A stretch of 61,889 bases of DNA, filler included, from Pirum gemmata (GCA_002812295.1; 21 parts of 21 records of this genome joined end to end with filler, not necessarily neighbours in it); one strand, 5' to 3'. Positions 37,633 to 50,041 are shown, counted from the whole stretch's first letter. Made by a program: numbers and translations. Notes: a model not told the origin generated them from the sequence alone.

Positions 37633-39324
37633 TAAGTATATTATAAAGATTTTAACTACTAATTATATAATATAGTTGTATTTCAATAATCATATACATC
37701 GATCTTCAATAACAATAGAGATATCATATGAGCGTTTAATTAAAAAGAAAGTCTAGCTAGAACTAAGTCTAGGAACCTTACGACAATTGGCATTCTTATT
37801 TATGAAATTGGGTACGATTTTATTCTTATTTTTCTAGTTAAAATTGACACTTTTTTAGTATTTTACATACTTTTTAGGGTTTATATTCTTATATTTTGGA
37901 CATAATTACTTAAATTATTGTGTTGGAATTAGGGTTTTATAGTATTTTATTACCGGTAGTATTTTATTTGATAATTTATATCCATATTTGAGTTAGAGTT
38001 ATAAAAATAAAATTATAATAAAATATCATTATAATATTATTATAATACATAACTAGCTAGCTAGACTACCAAAGAGAATAAAAAAAGTTTTTAAAACCCG
38101 TTAACCCTGCTAACCCTTTATTTAAAGTTCAAAGCATAGTAATGCTGATAATATCATAATTATGATGATTTAATTATGAAAGCAGTGACAACTTGATTGG
38201 TTAAACAGGTAGGGGTTAGGAAAGTGTTAATTAATATAAGATTATTAAGAGTTGGAATAACTAACGATTAGCCTTATCATCATATCAGCTAGTACCACAA
38301 CAAATCTATATAATATTATATATAACAATAGTAACAATAATAACAATAGTAACAATAATAACAATAGTAACAATAATAACAATACTAATAATATAATAAT
38401 CATAATAAAAAACAATAATAACAATGATAACAATGATAACAATGATAACAATAATAACAACAATAACAATAATAACGTTAATTAACAATAATAACAATAA
38501 TAACAATTAATAATAACAATAATAACAATAATNNNNNNNNNNNNNNNNNNNNNNNNNNNNNNNNNNNNNNNNNNNNTTAATTAATTAANNNNNNNNNNNN
38601 NNNNNNNNNNNNNNNNNNNNNNNNNNNNNNNNGGGTTAGGGTTAGGGTTAGGGTTAGGGTTCAAGTTAGAGGTAGGGCTTAGGTTTAGAATCAGGATAGG
38701 GATAGGGGTAGGGATATGGGTAGGGTTTAGGTTTTGGTTTTTTTGATTCCGTCTATCTTTCTAATATTTTATTTCCCTTTTGTTGTTTGTTATTATTATT
38801 GTTACTTGAATGTTGTTGTTGTTGTTGTTGTTTGCTTGTTTTTATTGTTGCTTGGTTGTTATCTTTGAGGATGTGCATTGTTTGCTATTTTTGTTGATGT
38901 TTGTTGTTTGTTATTATTGTTATGTTTTTATGTTTTATTATTTTTTGAATTGGATTGAGTAAGCTTATAGTTTATTGATTGCAATTGTTGTATTGTTTTA
39001 TGAGTCTAATTAAATTATGTTTTTATTATTTTTGTCCACCAAACTATTACCAATACTAATACTAACACTAATACTAATACTAATACTAATACTAATACTA
39101 ATAGTAATACTAATACTAATACTAATACTAATACTAATACTAATACTAATACTAATAGTAATACCAATACTAATACTAATACTAATACTTCAAAACTCTT
39201 TAAATTGTTATCTACTAGGGAAAACGAGTTCAAGACCCTTACTCCAGCCGAAATAAAAGTTTATCTTTCGACTATTTAACACTATTTAACAAGATTTTTT
39301 CTATGTGTGTTATTTTGAGCGTAA

Positions 39325-40266
39325 TATAATAATTTCTAATTCAATACGTTTTTCATTGTTTTATGTTTATATCTTTATTATTATTATTGATGACGTTTGT
39401 TTGTTATAGCATTACAGCAAAAATCACAACTAAAAAATATTATTTAATAAATAAAAAGGGTTTGACCATATTATTTCTAATTCAATACGTTTTTCATTAT
39501 TTTATGTTTATGTCTATTATTATTGATAACGTTTGTTTGTTATAGCATTGCAGTAAAAAATTACAACTAAAAAATATTATTTAATAAATAAAAAGAGTTT
39601 GACTATATAATTTCTAATTCAATACGTTTTTCATTTGTTTTATGTTCATATCTTTATTATTTTTGGTAACGTTTGTTTGTTATAGCATTGCAGTAAAAAA
39701 TCACAACTAAAAAAATTATTAAATAAATAAAAGAGTTTGACTATATAATTTCTAATTCAATACATTTTTCATTTGTTTTTTGTTTATATCTTTATTATTG
39801 GTAGCGTTTGTTTGTTATAGCATTGCAGTCAAAAAATAAAACCTAAAAAATATTAATAAATAAAAAGAGTTTGACTATATAATTTCTAATTCAATACATT
39901 TTTCATTGTTTTATGTTTATACCTTTATTATTATTATTGGTAACATTTGTTTGTTATAGCATTGCAGTAAAAAATCACAACTAAAAATATTATTTTTTAA
40001 AATAAATAAAAAGAGTTTGACTATGTAATTTCTAATTCAATACGTTTTTCATTGTTTTAAGTTTATATCTTTATTATTTTTGATAACGTTTGTTTGTTAT
40101 AGCATTGCAGTAAAAAATTACAACTAAAAAATATTATTAAATAAATAAAAAGAGTTTGGACTATATAATTTCTAATTCAATACGTTTTTCATTTGTTTTA
40201 TGTTTATATCTTTATTATTATTGATAACGTTTGTTTGTTATAGCATTGCAGTAAAAAATCACAACT

Positions 40267-40268
<2 letters not shown>
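39325..40268. repeat. Satellite, ~139-bp unit, ~6.7 copies
   Basis: aatttctaattcaatac recurs near 39331, 39472, 39609, 39747, 39881, 40027 and 40167. Confidence 0.93.
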
Positions 40269-40302
<34 letters not shown>

Positions 40303-41484
40303 NGGGAAACAAACTGGAAGCACATTTTATCCTCAGAAAAAATTCCGAGACCATAATCCTAAGCGCCTTGCCCAAGCCTAATCTAGCTAGAGTTAGGGTT
40401 AAGGTTAGGGTTTAGGTTTAGGGTCAGGGTTAAGGTTTAGGGTTTAGGGTTTAGGGTTTAGGGTTAGTGTTATATATATGTGTATTAACTTATAAATAAA
40501 AAGCACCTTCATCATCGATATCGTATCATATAACATTAATAGTATGGTTATGGCTGTATATTACTGTAGGTTATGGTTATGGTAATTATGGTTATTGTGT
40601 TATGGGTTATGGTTATATGGTCACAATTGTGGTTATGGCAGAGTTTCGGTTACGGTTAGGGTTATGGTAAAAAGCTACAGCTTACGTTTAGCTTAATTAA
40701 GCTTAAGCTTAAAAGCTTAGGCGTAGGCGTAGGCTTCGGCTTAGGCTTAACGGCATGTTTAACCTTACAATATTATGGTTAAACGATATCGTTGTGGTTG
40801 TGATTGTGGTTGTGAATTTTACTATAATCTATATCGTATTAATTTTGGTACTATTTATTAAATATTTTATAACGACAAAATAACTAAAAAGCACGATATA
40901 TTATATATATATATAATAATAATTATTTATTATAGTTATAAATAGTGTTATTAATTAAAATTATGAATTATATATATCATATGCATATGCATGATTATAT
41001 AGTAGCGTTTTAATATAGTTCTCATGAATTATAAACTAGCATTGTAGGGCCACGACTAATAAATGATTCATGATTCATGTACTTTACAATACTAGTTTTC
41101 TTTAATCTGGTACTGTTTAAGTACTTTTTTATAACGATAAAGGCATATATTAATATAATATTAATATTATAATAAAGCACATAATTAATTATAAATTACC
41201 AAATTATTTAAAAAATGTCTAATTTGGTACTTTCATTTTAGTGGTCTCGAGCTAGTATACAAAGTAGGGTTAGGGTTAGGGTTAGGGTTAGGGTTAGGGT
41301 TAGGGTTAGGGTTAGGGTTAGGGTTAGGGTTACAATTAGGGTTAANNNNNNNNNNNNNNNNNNNNNNNNNNNNNNNNNNNNNNNNNNNNTTAATTAATTA
41401 ANNNNNNNNNNNNNNNNNNNNNNNNNNNNNNNNNNNNNNNNNNNNAAAATAAAATAAAATATATAATAAGGAGTTCTTGAATTT

Positions 41485-41515
<31 letters not shown>

Positions 41516-41624
41516 TTAACAAAAGTAATAATAATACTAGTTAATAATAATAACACTACTCTTAATAATACTAATAATATTAATAATAATTTTAATAATA
41601 ATAATAATATTATAAAAAACAATA

Positions 41625-42434
41625 ATGATTAATGATAATATAATCATGAACTGCAAGCACATTTGTGTGAAAAACAAAAAAATGCTTTTGAATTTTACCT
41701 TTTTATTGGTTAACTTATTGTTTTTCATTGTTTTTATGAATATACCCATAACAGAAGAATTTGATCTTAGTAATTATCTTACAGATCAAAGTTATCGAGA
41801 ATACATCGCTGACCCTAACGAACCGGTAAAGATAACAAACGTTAATAGCTATGTTTTTTATGTTGAGGTTAAATCGTATGAAAATGTAGTAACTACCACC
41901 ATCACAGAAACACTTATTAACGGCATTGCTTCTAACAGAACAGAATATACTACGGCCCATGTTCAACATATTAGCCACAGTCATACGTATTTGCAAAATT
42001 TTTTTGCCGTTATAACTACAAGCGCTTTCCTTTTATTTTTGATAGGATGCTTAAGTCATTTTTTTGCAAAATTTTACTATAAATCCCGTTGTTTGGAGGT
42101 GTTCACTGCAATATTGTTTTTGCTTCAATTTTTGCTTTATATTGTCAATTATTTTGTGATTTTAGACGACCACGGCTATTTTGGAATTCCAGACAGGTTT
42201 CGGTTTTCAAGGCATAGAAATGTTATTAATAGTTTCGTAATGCTTGTCTTACTTCAACTTTTTTCTTTCGTTTTTTTTATTTACGTTTGCAAGGAAATAA
42301 AAAACTGGAATAAAATATATCCCTCTGATATGGATACTTTAGTTTCTGTAGAAGCAGAAACTATAGAATCATATGCTGAAGGAGAACGTAAACCTTTACT
42401 AGAAACCTCTAGCAATATAAATCTTATAAATTAA
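41625..42434 (+). CDS. Intronless orphan membrane protein, ~4 TM helices
   Basis: 269-aa non-repetitive ORF with four hydrophobic segments, a large loop after TM1 and C-terminal ERKPLL. The start codon is uncertain. Confidence 0.7.
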   Translation: MINDNIIMNCKHICVKNKKMLLNFTFLLVNLLFFIVFMNIPITEEFDLSNYLTDQSYREYIADPNEPVKITNVNSYVFYVEVKSYENVVTTTITETLINGIASNRTEYTTAHVQHISHSHTYLQNFFAVITTSAFLLFLIGCLSHFFAKFYYKSRCLEVFTAILFLLQFLLYIVNYFVILDDHGYFGIPDRFRFSRHRNVINSFVMLVLLQLFSFVFFIYVCKEIKNWNKIYPSDMDTLVSVEAETIESYAEGERKPLLETSSNINLIN

Positions 42435-42650
42435 GGTATATAATAATACATCTTTTACATGTATTAATATTATGTTGTTGTATACATTCCTACAAAAATT
42501 AAGGTATACAATAAATACAACTTGTACATTCAAATTTCTTATGTATAATATAAAGTAAACGTTTACTAGAAACCTCTAGCAATATAAATTCAGTTTTTGA
42601 ACTGGACAACACTATTGAAAAACACGATACCATTAAAAGTATCACCATAC

Positions 42651-42917
42651 CAGTAAAAAATCTGAAGATAGCAAAATCTTAAAATGCAATTGAATCTAGA
42701 AGGGTATTTTTGTCAACTACGACATATAGATTGGTATTTTAAACCCTTTAATCGACATCTGGATACACTTTTTTTTTAAAAGAAGATAAAAAAAAAATAG
42801 CGATTCAAACGATGCTTTTAAAGTCTAAAAATACCAATCTAGATGTCTTAGTTGATAAAAATACCCTTCTAGATTCAATTCCATCTTCAGATTTTTCCAT
42901 CTTCAGATTTTTTACTG
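42651..42917. mobile_element. Foldback-type element with ~100-bp inverted arms, CAGTA...TACTG termini
   Basis: cagtaaaaaatctgaagat...aattgaatctagaagggtattttt mirrors aaaaatacccttctagattcaatt...atcttcagattttttactg. Confidence 0.8.
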
Positions 42918-43209
42918 ATTGTCTGATTATTCTGGTAGTAGTAGTATTAATAGATTGTGTGGATGTATATTGAATGTAGTTCTGGTTGTAGTAGTATTAA
43001 TTAATTGATTCTGTTGTTATATATATGAAGTAGTTGTGGATGTAGTATTATTAATTCATTGCGTTGGAATAGCTTGAATGTAAAATTGATTGATTGTTAA
43101 ATGTAATAAATTGAATCTATTAATTGTATGTTGTATTAATATTTATTATATTTTTATTTATATTAATTAAATATGTATATGGTTGTAGTAGAATAATATT
43201 AATTAAGTA

Positions 43210-43523
43210 TTTAATTTGGTATAATTTATTATATTTATTTATTTAAAAGTATCAATTTAAATATTATAACCAACAAAATAAATATTCAGAGTGACAAAAT
43301 AAATGAAAAGCATAATAGACTACACAGGTAAATTATTTTAAACATAATGATTATTATGCTTTTCATTTATTTTATCACTCTGAATATTTATTTGGAGGGT
43401 TATAATATTGAAATTGACATTTTTAAATCATTATATAGATAATAAAATATACCAAATTAAATTAAATGGATTTACATTGTATTAATTTGGTACCATTCTT
43501 TGTATATTTTATGATGATAAAAC
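43210..43523. mobile_element. Two family A copies in inverted (head-to-head) orientation
   Basis: Copy ending aaatgaaaagca at ~43312 and copy starting tgcttttcattt at ~43357. Confidence 0.75.
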
Positions 43524-43641
43524 ATAATATTATTATAATCATTATAATAACAACCCTGATACTCCCTGATACAAAAAAAAAAACATAATTTTTTTAAAAG
43601 TAATTGAAGACCTAACCCTAACCCTAACCCTAACTATATAG

Positions 43642-43965
43642 GTTCATTTATTTGTTGAAGAAAGTAATGAATTAAAGTTTTTAAGCAGTACTAATAGTCG
43701 TGGATTAATGAACTGGGATAAGCAAATGCTAAACATTGGTACTTCAACTTCTTTTAATTCCCAAGGGGGGCTCTTTTCCGATGGACCATATATAGTTATT
43801 GCTAACACTTATAGTAATTCAGTATCCTTATTAAGTTTAAATAATAATGATAATGATATTAATAATGATAATGATATTGATATTGATAATGATAATAATG
43901 ATAACGTTCATAGTAATGGTAATAATAATAATGATGATGATGATTATAATAATAATAATAATAAT

Positions 43966-43998
<33 letters not shown>

Positions 43999-44068
43999 TA
44001 CCATCGTATGGTTGTGGAAGATGTGGTTAGTTCCAATGGACAAAGGCCTTGCAGTGTTTCTATCAGAG
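43642..44068 (+). CDS. Internal exon of a lactonase-like beta-propeller protein (3-carboxymuconate-cyclase/6-phosphogluconolactonase-like)
   Basis: tatag acceptor, ag|gtaatt donor. SQGGLFSDGPYIVIANTYSNSVSLLSL ... VVSSNGQRPCSVSIRG resembles the SQGSL..G.YLFAVNAGSN.LS.F / SGG..PVSV blades of this family. Confidence 0.6.
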
Positions 44069-44133
44069 GTAATTAGTATAATTGTCATAATATTAATGTT
44101 CCAGATTTTTATAATAATAATAATAATAATAAT

Positions 44134-44164
<31 letters not shown>

Positions 44165-45390
44165 NNNNNNNNNNNNNNNNNNNNNNNNNNNNNNNNNNNN
44201 NNNNNNNNTTAATTAATTAANNNNNNNNNNNNNNNNNNNNNNNNNNNNNNNNNNNNNNNNNNNNATAATAATAATAATAATAATAATAATAATCAAAATA
44301 ATAACATAATAAAAATTACGTGAAAGTAGTTTAGTCAAGTGTTGATTATTGAATAGAAGACCAATATTTATATAACAAAAACGTTAAAATAATAAGAAAA
44401 AGGATATAACAAGTAACAGTACAAAACTTTAAGATGAGTAATTATAAATAAATAAATAAATAAAAATTGGATAATAGTATTATAAATTATTATTGTAATA
44501 ATATAATTTTGTTATGTAGAATACTATTATTAATATTATTAGTATATCGATAATGCAAATGATAATGATAATGATTTTGAAGAAAAAAATCAAAAAACTA
44601 AAAACACCTCTACCTAACTCCTCTACACTACTCTATGATACCTCTAGCTAGCTAGCTAGTAGACCGGTCTAGCTAGTCTACCCAAACTAAATGTAGACTA
44701 TCAAGCTCAGGCTTGAATAATAATTATTATAAATAGACTAATAAATCACTATAATATAATAAAAAATATATTTATTCGAGCTCGAACTTCCCAAAAAAAT
44801 TTGAGAAAAAAAAAAGCAAAACAAAACAAAAAAAAAGTATCGAAAAGAAAATGTAAATCAAACATAATTAATATATACCAATTTAATTAATTGAAAATAA
44901 CGAATCCATCCCTATGAAAAAAAAGAAAACAAGAACACTTCTCTGCTATATGATATTAGACTAGCTAGACTCTATGATAGCTAGACTGCTACTAGCTAGC
45001 TAGCTCTAGCTAGATATCTAGTAGCTAGCTAGCTAGAGCTAGCTATGATATCTGATAGTAGTTATCATATCGATATCGATATCATATGATAGGGTTAGGG
45101 TTAGGGTTAGGGTTAGGGTTAGGGTTAGGGTTAGGGTTAGGGTTAGGGTTAGGGTTAGGGTTAGGGTAGAGAGTACTGCTTAGAGGAGCCTAGCTAGCTA
45201 GCTACAGTAGCTACTCACATATCTAGCTATCATAGCTAGACTAGCTACTATCATAGTAGCCTAGCTAGGCTAGCTACTGGCTAGAGTCTGGCTAGCTACA
45301 GGGCTACCAGCAATTTTGGGACATTTTGGAATGTTGAAAATTTAGCTTGAAAGAAGTTTGAAAGAGAGCGCTCTTGAAAGAGTCTTGAAA

Positions 45391-45536
45391 GGGAGCGCTC
45401 AAATAATATGTCACGTCAAGGGGTAGGTAGGTAGGTGCTATTTGACCGGAAATTAACGTCGAGGGGTAGGTAGGTAGGTAGCGGTGTTTGAAGCTGTATT
45501 TGACCAGAAATTGGAGTTGTGTATTTCAACGCTCCC
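45391..45536. mobile_element. PIF/Harbinger-like MITE, 3-bp TSD AAA
   Basis: AAA|GGGAGCGCTCAAATA ... TATTTCAACGCTCCC|AAA, inserted in a ttgaaagag array. Confidence 0.75.
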
Positions 45537-45697
45537 AAAGAGACTTGAAAGAGTCTTGAAAGCTCGATTTTTTATTGCCATTTTTGATCTATATAGACTA
45601 ATTTTAAAAATAAAAAAAGTATTTTTGGAAATGTTTCAAAATCGAGCCTTTTTATTATTATTATTATTTTTTAAACTATTATCTATAGTCTATCTGA

Positions 45698-45882
45698 TAG
45701 TACTTTTCAGTTGTTTTGTCATCAGAAAATAAACAATAAATAGTACCATATTAATACAATATAAATCCATTTAATTTAATTTGGTATGTTTTATTATCTA
45801 TGTATTGATTTAAAAATGTCAATTTAAAGATTATAACCCTCCAAATAAATATTCAGAGTGACAAAATAAATGAAAAGCACGA
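45698..45882. mobile_element. MITE family A copy
   Basis: TAGTACTTTTCAGTTGTTTTGTCA ... TGACAAAATAAATGAAAAGCACGA|TA. Confidence 0.9.
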
Positions 45883-46022
45883 TAGTCTATAATTTGCTTT
45901 TTTATATAATAAGCGTTAAACAAGTACGTACCGAACCTAGTATGTTCGAACCGAACTTCGATCTTATTTGAAGTGTGATAGGAGTATGATTATGATACCT
46001 TTCGGAAACATCTTTAAAAATA

Positions 46023-46190
46023 TCGTGTTTTTCAATAGTGTTGTCCAGTTCAAAAACTGAAATAAGCTTACCAAATTATAATTAATTGGTCATGTTTTAA
46101 TTAATTTTGATATTTTATATAGTAATTTTATATTTATAAAAAAGTTCAAATATTTAAATTGGTAGGTTTCAGTATATGATATACTATGAT
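46023..46190 (+). mobile_element. Family B element end (TA|TCGTGTTTTTCAATAGTGTTGTCCAGTTCAAAAACTGAAAT)
   Basis: The same end occurs at 59614, 24862, 42589-42627 (inverted) and ~11930-12093 (inverted); internal homology at ~27341-27500. The right boundary is uncertain. Confidence 0.7.
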
Positions 46191-47209
46191 ATAATATAGT
46201 TTTGTATATGTGTTTAAATGTCGAAAATGTAACCATTTTTTACTATTTTGGTTCAATATTAAAAGTATAAATATGTAAAAATGACATAATAGTCTAAATG
46301 AACCTTATAATTTTTATATTCCTTGTATTTGTCATTTTAATTAACAATATTTTAATGTATAATATTTTTAAGTTTATTTTTTAAAAAAAATTAAAGTGTT
46401 CAAAAAGGGTAACTGTTGTTTGTCAATTCCTTCTGGGTCACATACTGTCTTCATATAAACATGAGAATTCGAACTACAATTTTATTTGTAGTTCTCATAA
46501 TATAAATATATTATGCAAAATTAATACTTTTTCACAAAGTATTTTCACGCCACAAATGGCCTACTACTAGCTATGATACTAGACTTAAACATGGGCACCG
46601 GCTTCTTCCTTACTATCTCCCAATTATTTTTTACTTCCTTTCGAGCTTCTTAATGACGTTATAACACTGCCTCGAGCTCGAAACTAAATACAAACTTTAA
46701 ACTGGGCTTCGACTTCCTGCTTTTATTCTTTACTTCCTTTCGAGTTTCTTAATGACGCCATCGCACTGTCTCTAGCTCGGCCCCTAACCCTAACCCTAAC
46801 CCTAACCTTAACCCTAACCCTAATCCTGCCCTGCCCCTAACCCTAACCCTTTCCCTAACCCTAACCCTAACCCTAACCCTAACCCAAACCCTAACCCTAA
46901 CCCTAACCCTAACCCTAACTCAAACTCTAACCCTGACCCTAACCCTAACCCAAAGACTAACAGAAACTCATTGCAGTTTTAAACAAGGCTTCGACTTTTT
47001 GCTTCNNNNNNNNNNNNNNNNNNNNNNNNNNNNNNNNNNNNNNNNNNNNTTAATTAATTAANNNNNNNNNNNNNNNNNNNNNNNNNNNNNNNNNNNNNNN
47101 NNNNNTAATAAAAATAATAATAATAATAATAATAAAAATAATAATAATAATAATTACAATTATAATAATAACAACAACAGTGGTAGTGGTAGTAGTAGTA
47201 GTAGTAAAA

Positions 47210-49378
47210 CATTCGTTCAGGGTGATAGCGTAAGTGTTCGAGAAAAATTGTTCTTGAAAGTCAAAGAAGCTGAAAGAAAAAGCAGGCTAGAAACAAGAAA
47301 ACAAAGCAAGACATTAGCCGAAGAACCTTCAAACTCAAACAGTTCGTATGTACAATTATTACAATAAGGTAACTTGGATAAACTTACAGACGCACAAAAT
47401 AAATTAACTAACCTAAATAATGATTTTTTTAAAAAAAAGTCGAGGTTGAAAATATTAAATCAAAGTTTACGACAAGATAACGATCAATAATTTAATGAAC
47501 AATTAAAATAATTTGACAATTAAAATAATGAATTCAATCACTCAAGCTTCTACCTCTAATGGTAATAATAACTAGTACTGTATTATCAATATCATTCATA
47601 ATGATAATAATAACTGTATTATTAATATCATTCATAACAAGCCAACCCCAAGTACTCATAGTAACAAAAGGTTTTATTCTAATAATTCTAATTTTAATGA
47701 TGCTTCTAATAATGATTCTGATTCTGAACCACAGCAACAAAACCCTAATAACAATGATAAGACAAACGAATATTTTGATACTATCTTTTCAAACTCCGAA
47801 AATTTCTTTAATAATATTAATTTAATAGTTAATAAATTTTACAAACAAAAAATTGCTATTTTAAATAAATTAAAATCAACAGAAAAATAGTCTTAACGGG
47901 TTGTTAGAACACCAACTTAACAACACAGCTCCAAACTCTATTAATATTAAAACTGAGTTAACAGTACCTGCATGGTGAACAACTTACTGCTCGATCTTTA
48001 GAGTTACTCAATAATTGGAATGAAGGGGAAGCCAAATTCAATGAAAATAAAATCAATTTTATTACTAATGATTTAAAGCAACTAATTAGTAGCAAAGAAA
48101 TTGATATCCAAACATTAGAATGGCAATTTGATGAAATTAATGAGAATTTACGTAGTGAACTTGAACAATTTCGGAAACTGGATATGAATAGTGTAGGACT
48201 ATCATACTGTAATGCCAACTTTCAAAATGATGTAAAAGTCCAACTTAACAAAATATTTGACCAAATCATCAAAACTAATTTTAATGACAAAATCTAGCAA
48301 CAAGTAGTTCGTAATGTACTGTTTTATAATAACAAGGCCTATGAAAAAAGTACAAATGCCAAAGTGTTACAAGAAGCCGAGGCACTTATAACCGAAGAAG
48401 ATGAAAGCAAAAAACTCGTTGGTGAAGTTGTTAATGAAAAAACTACAGAAGCTCAATAAGGATTTTCGGCAAGTTCAACTTCAAGAAAAAATCAGTTGTC
48501 CAACATCAAGACAAGAAAAAGCCACCTGTCCCACCGAAACGAAAGGAAAAAAGAAAAAAGAAAAAGAAGGTGGCAATCAAACAAACAAAAACAAAATCCC
48601 AACACAGAGAAAAAAGGAAAACAAAAAAGAAAGAACAACAACAGAGGAAAAAAGAACAATTAGGTAATATATGTCATAATGAACAAACAATTATTAATAT
48701 TAGCAACATTTCTATTCATTCTAAACATAGATTAATAAAGAAAAAAGTTAATATTAGCTATTCCAACTATTCGTCTTGACTTTTATATTAAAAACATGAC
48801 TTTCCATGACCTAACCTTCCCTGGTGTACAACTTCCAAAATCTTTCCTTCTCTTTTTGGTTTAAATACCAATTATTTTAAAACCGAATTATTATCGAAAA
48901 GCATTAGATTATACTTTTCGTTCTATTCGACTTTCAAAAATGTTTGGGGAAAATAATAAAAAACAAAATTCTATTTATGTTCTAAACCCAGCGTTTGAAC
49001 CAATTCCATGTGAACCACAACTTGAATAATTCATTTTAATTACTTTAATTAAAGCGATGCCTTATTTTTATGCATTAGCAAAATTTACAAACCTGGATAT
49101 GATTTATTTAACCCAGCACTCAGACCAATTTTTAGCTGCTCGAAAGCACCATTAACTGGTTTGAGCAAATGGGTTCACTACTACTTATGGCCAATAGCTC
49201 AAAAAATTAAAGCATTTATTTTAAATTCTGAACAATTTATTAATAATTTAAAACAACTCAATAATATTCCTGATAATTATACTTTTGTGATAGCAGATGT
49301 GGTTAGCTTATATACTACGATCCCCTTGCACCATTACCTTATAGCTATGAGACATTGGGTTGATCGATATTATTCTTA
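47210..49378 (+). mobile_element. Degenerate Penelope-like retroelement (frameshifted, truncated within RT)
   Basis: Frameshifted MPYFYALAK..KP...PALRPI precedes SKWVHYYLWPIAQKIKAFILNSEQFINNLKQL...FVIADVVSLYTTIP, typical of PLE reverse transcriptase. Upstream stop-interrupted ORF remnants include FHDLTFPGVQLP. The 5' boundary is approximate. Confidence 0.8.
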
Positions 49379-50041
49379 ATACTAATCCTATCCCTTAATG
49401 CTAACCCCATCCCTTAATACTAACCCTATCCCTTAGTATTGACCCTAAACCTTAATCTTAACCCTAAGCCTAAGACCAACTCTTAATTCTAACTTTAACT
49501 CCTAATAATTACTAATTATATTTTGTTGTTTTTACACAGAATGTCTTGCTGATGTGAAAATTAGTAATCACCAAATTTCGGGATGATAGCACAATAACAA
49601 TAATAACAATAATAGCTTATATGTGTTAAACTTATGGTTTTGGTTAGAGTTAGGGTACTAATGATTTAATTAAAAGGAAGTTAGAAATTTCAAGACCCCA
49701 CGGCGAGGTAAGTGGGAGAAGTGGGTTAAAAATGGTGGGTAACCCTAACCCTAACCATCCACTCTTCTTTTATGATACCTACGGTCCACCCGCGTAAAAA
49801 CTCAGACGCCTATATATAATAATAATAATAATAATAATATAATAANNNNNNNNNNNNNNNNNNNNNNNNNNNNNNNNNNNNNNNNNNNNTTAATTAATTA
49901 ANNNNNNNNNNNNNNNNNNNNNNNNNNNNNNNNNNNNNNNNNNNNCGAACTGGCCGGCTCCGATCATACATATTATCGGGTCTATATCTCGAGTATTTAT
50001 ATAACGAACCGAACTCGGCTCGAGGGTACTTCGAGCCGCCG

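Noticed and set aside
39325..40268. Regularly spaced repeats as a possible CRISPR array
   Set aside because: The whole unit is repeated with no unique spacers, there are no cas genes, and the context is eukaryotic.
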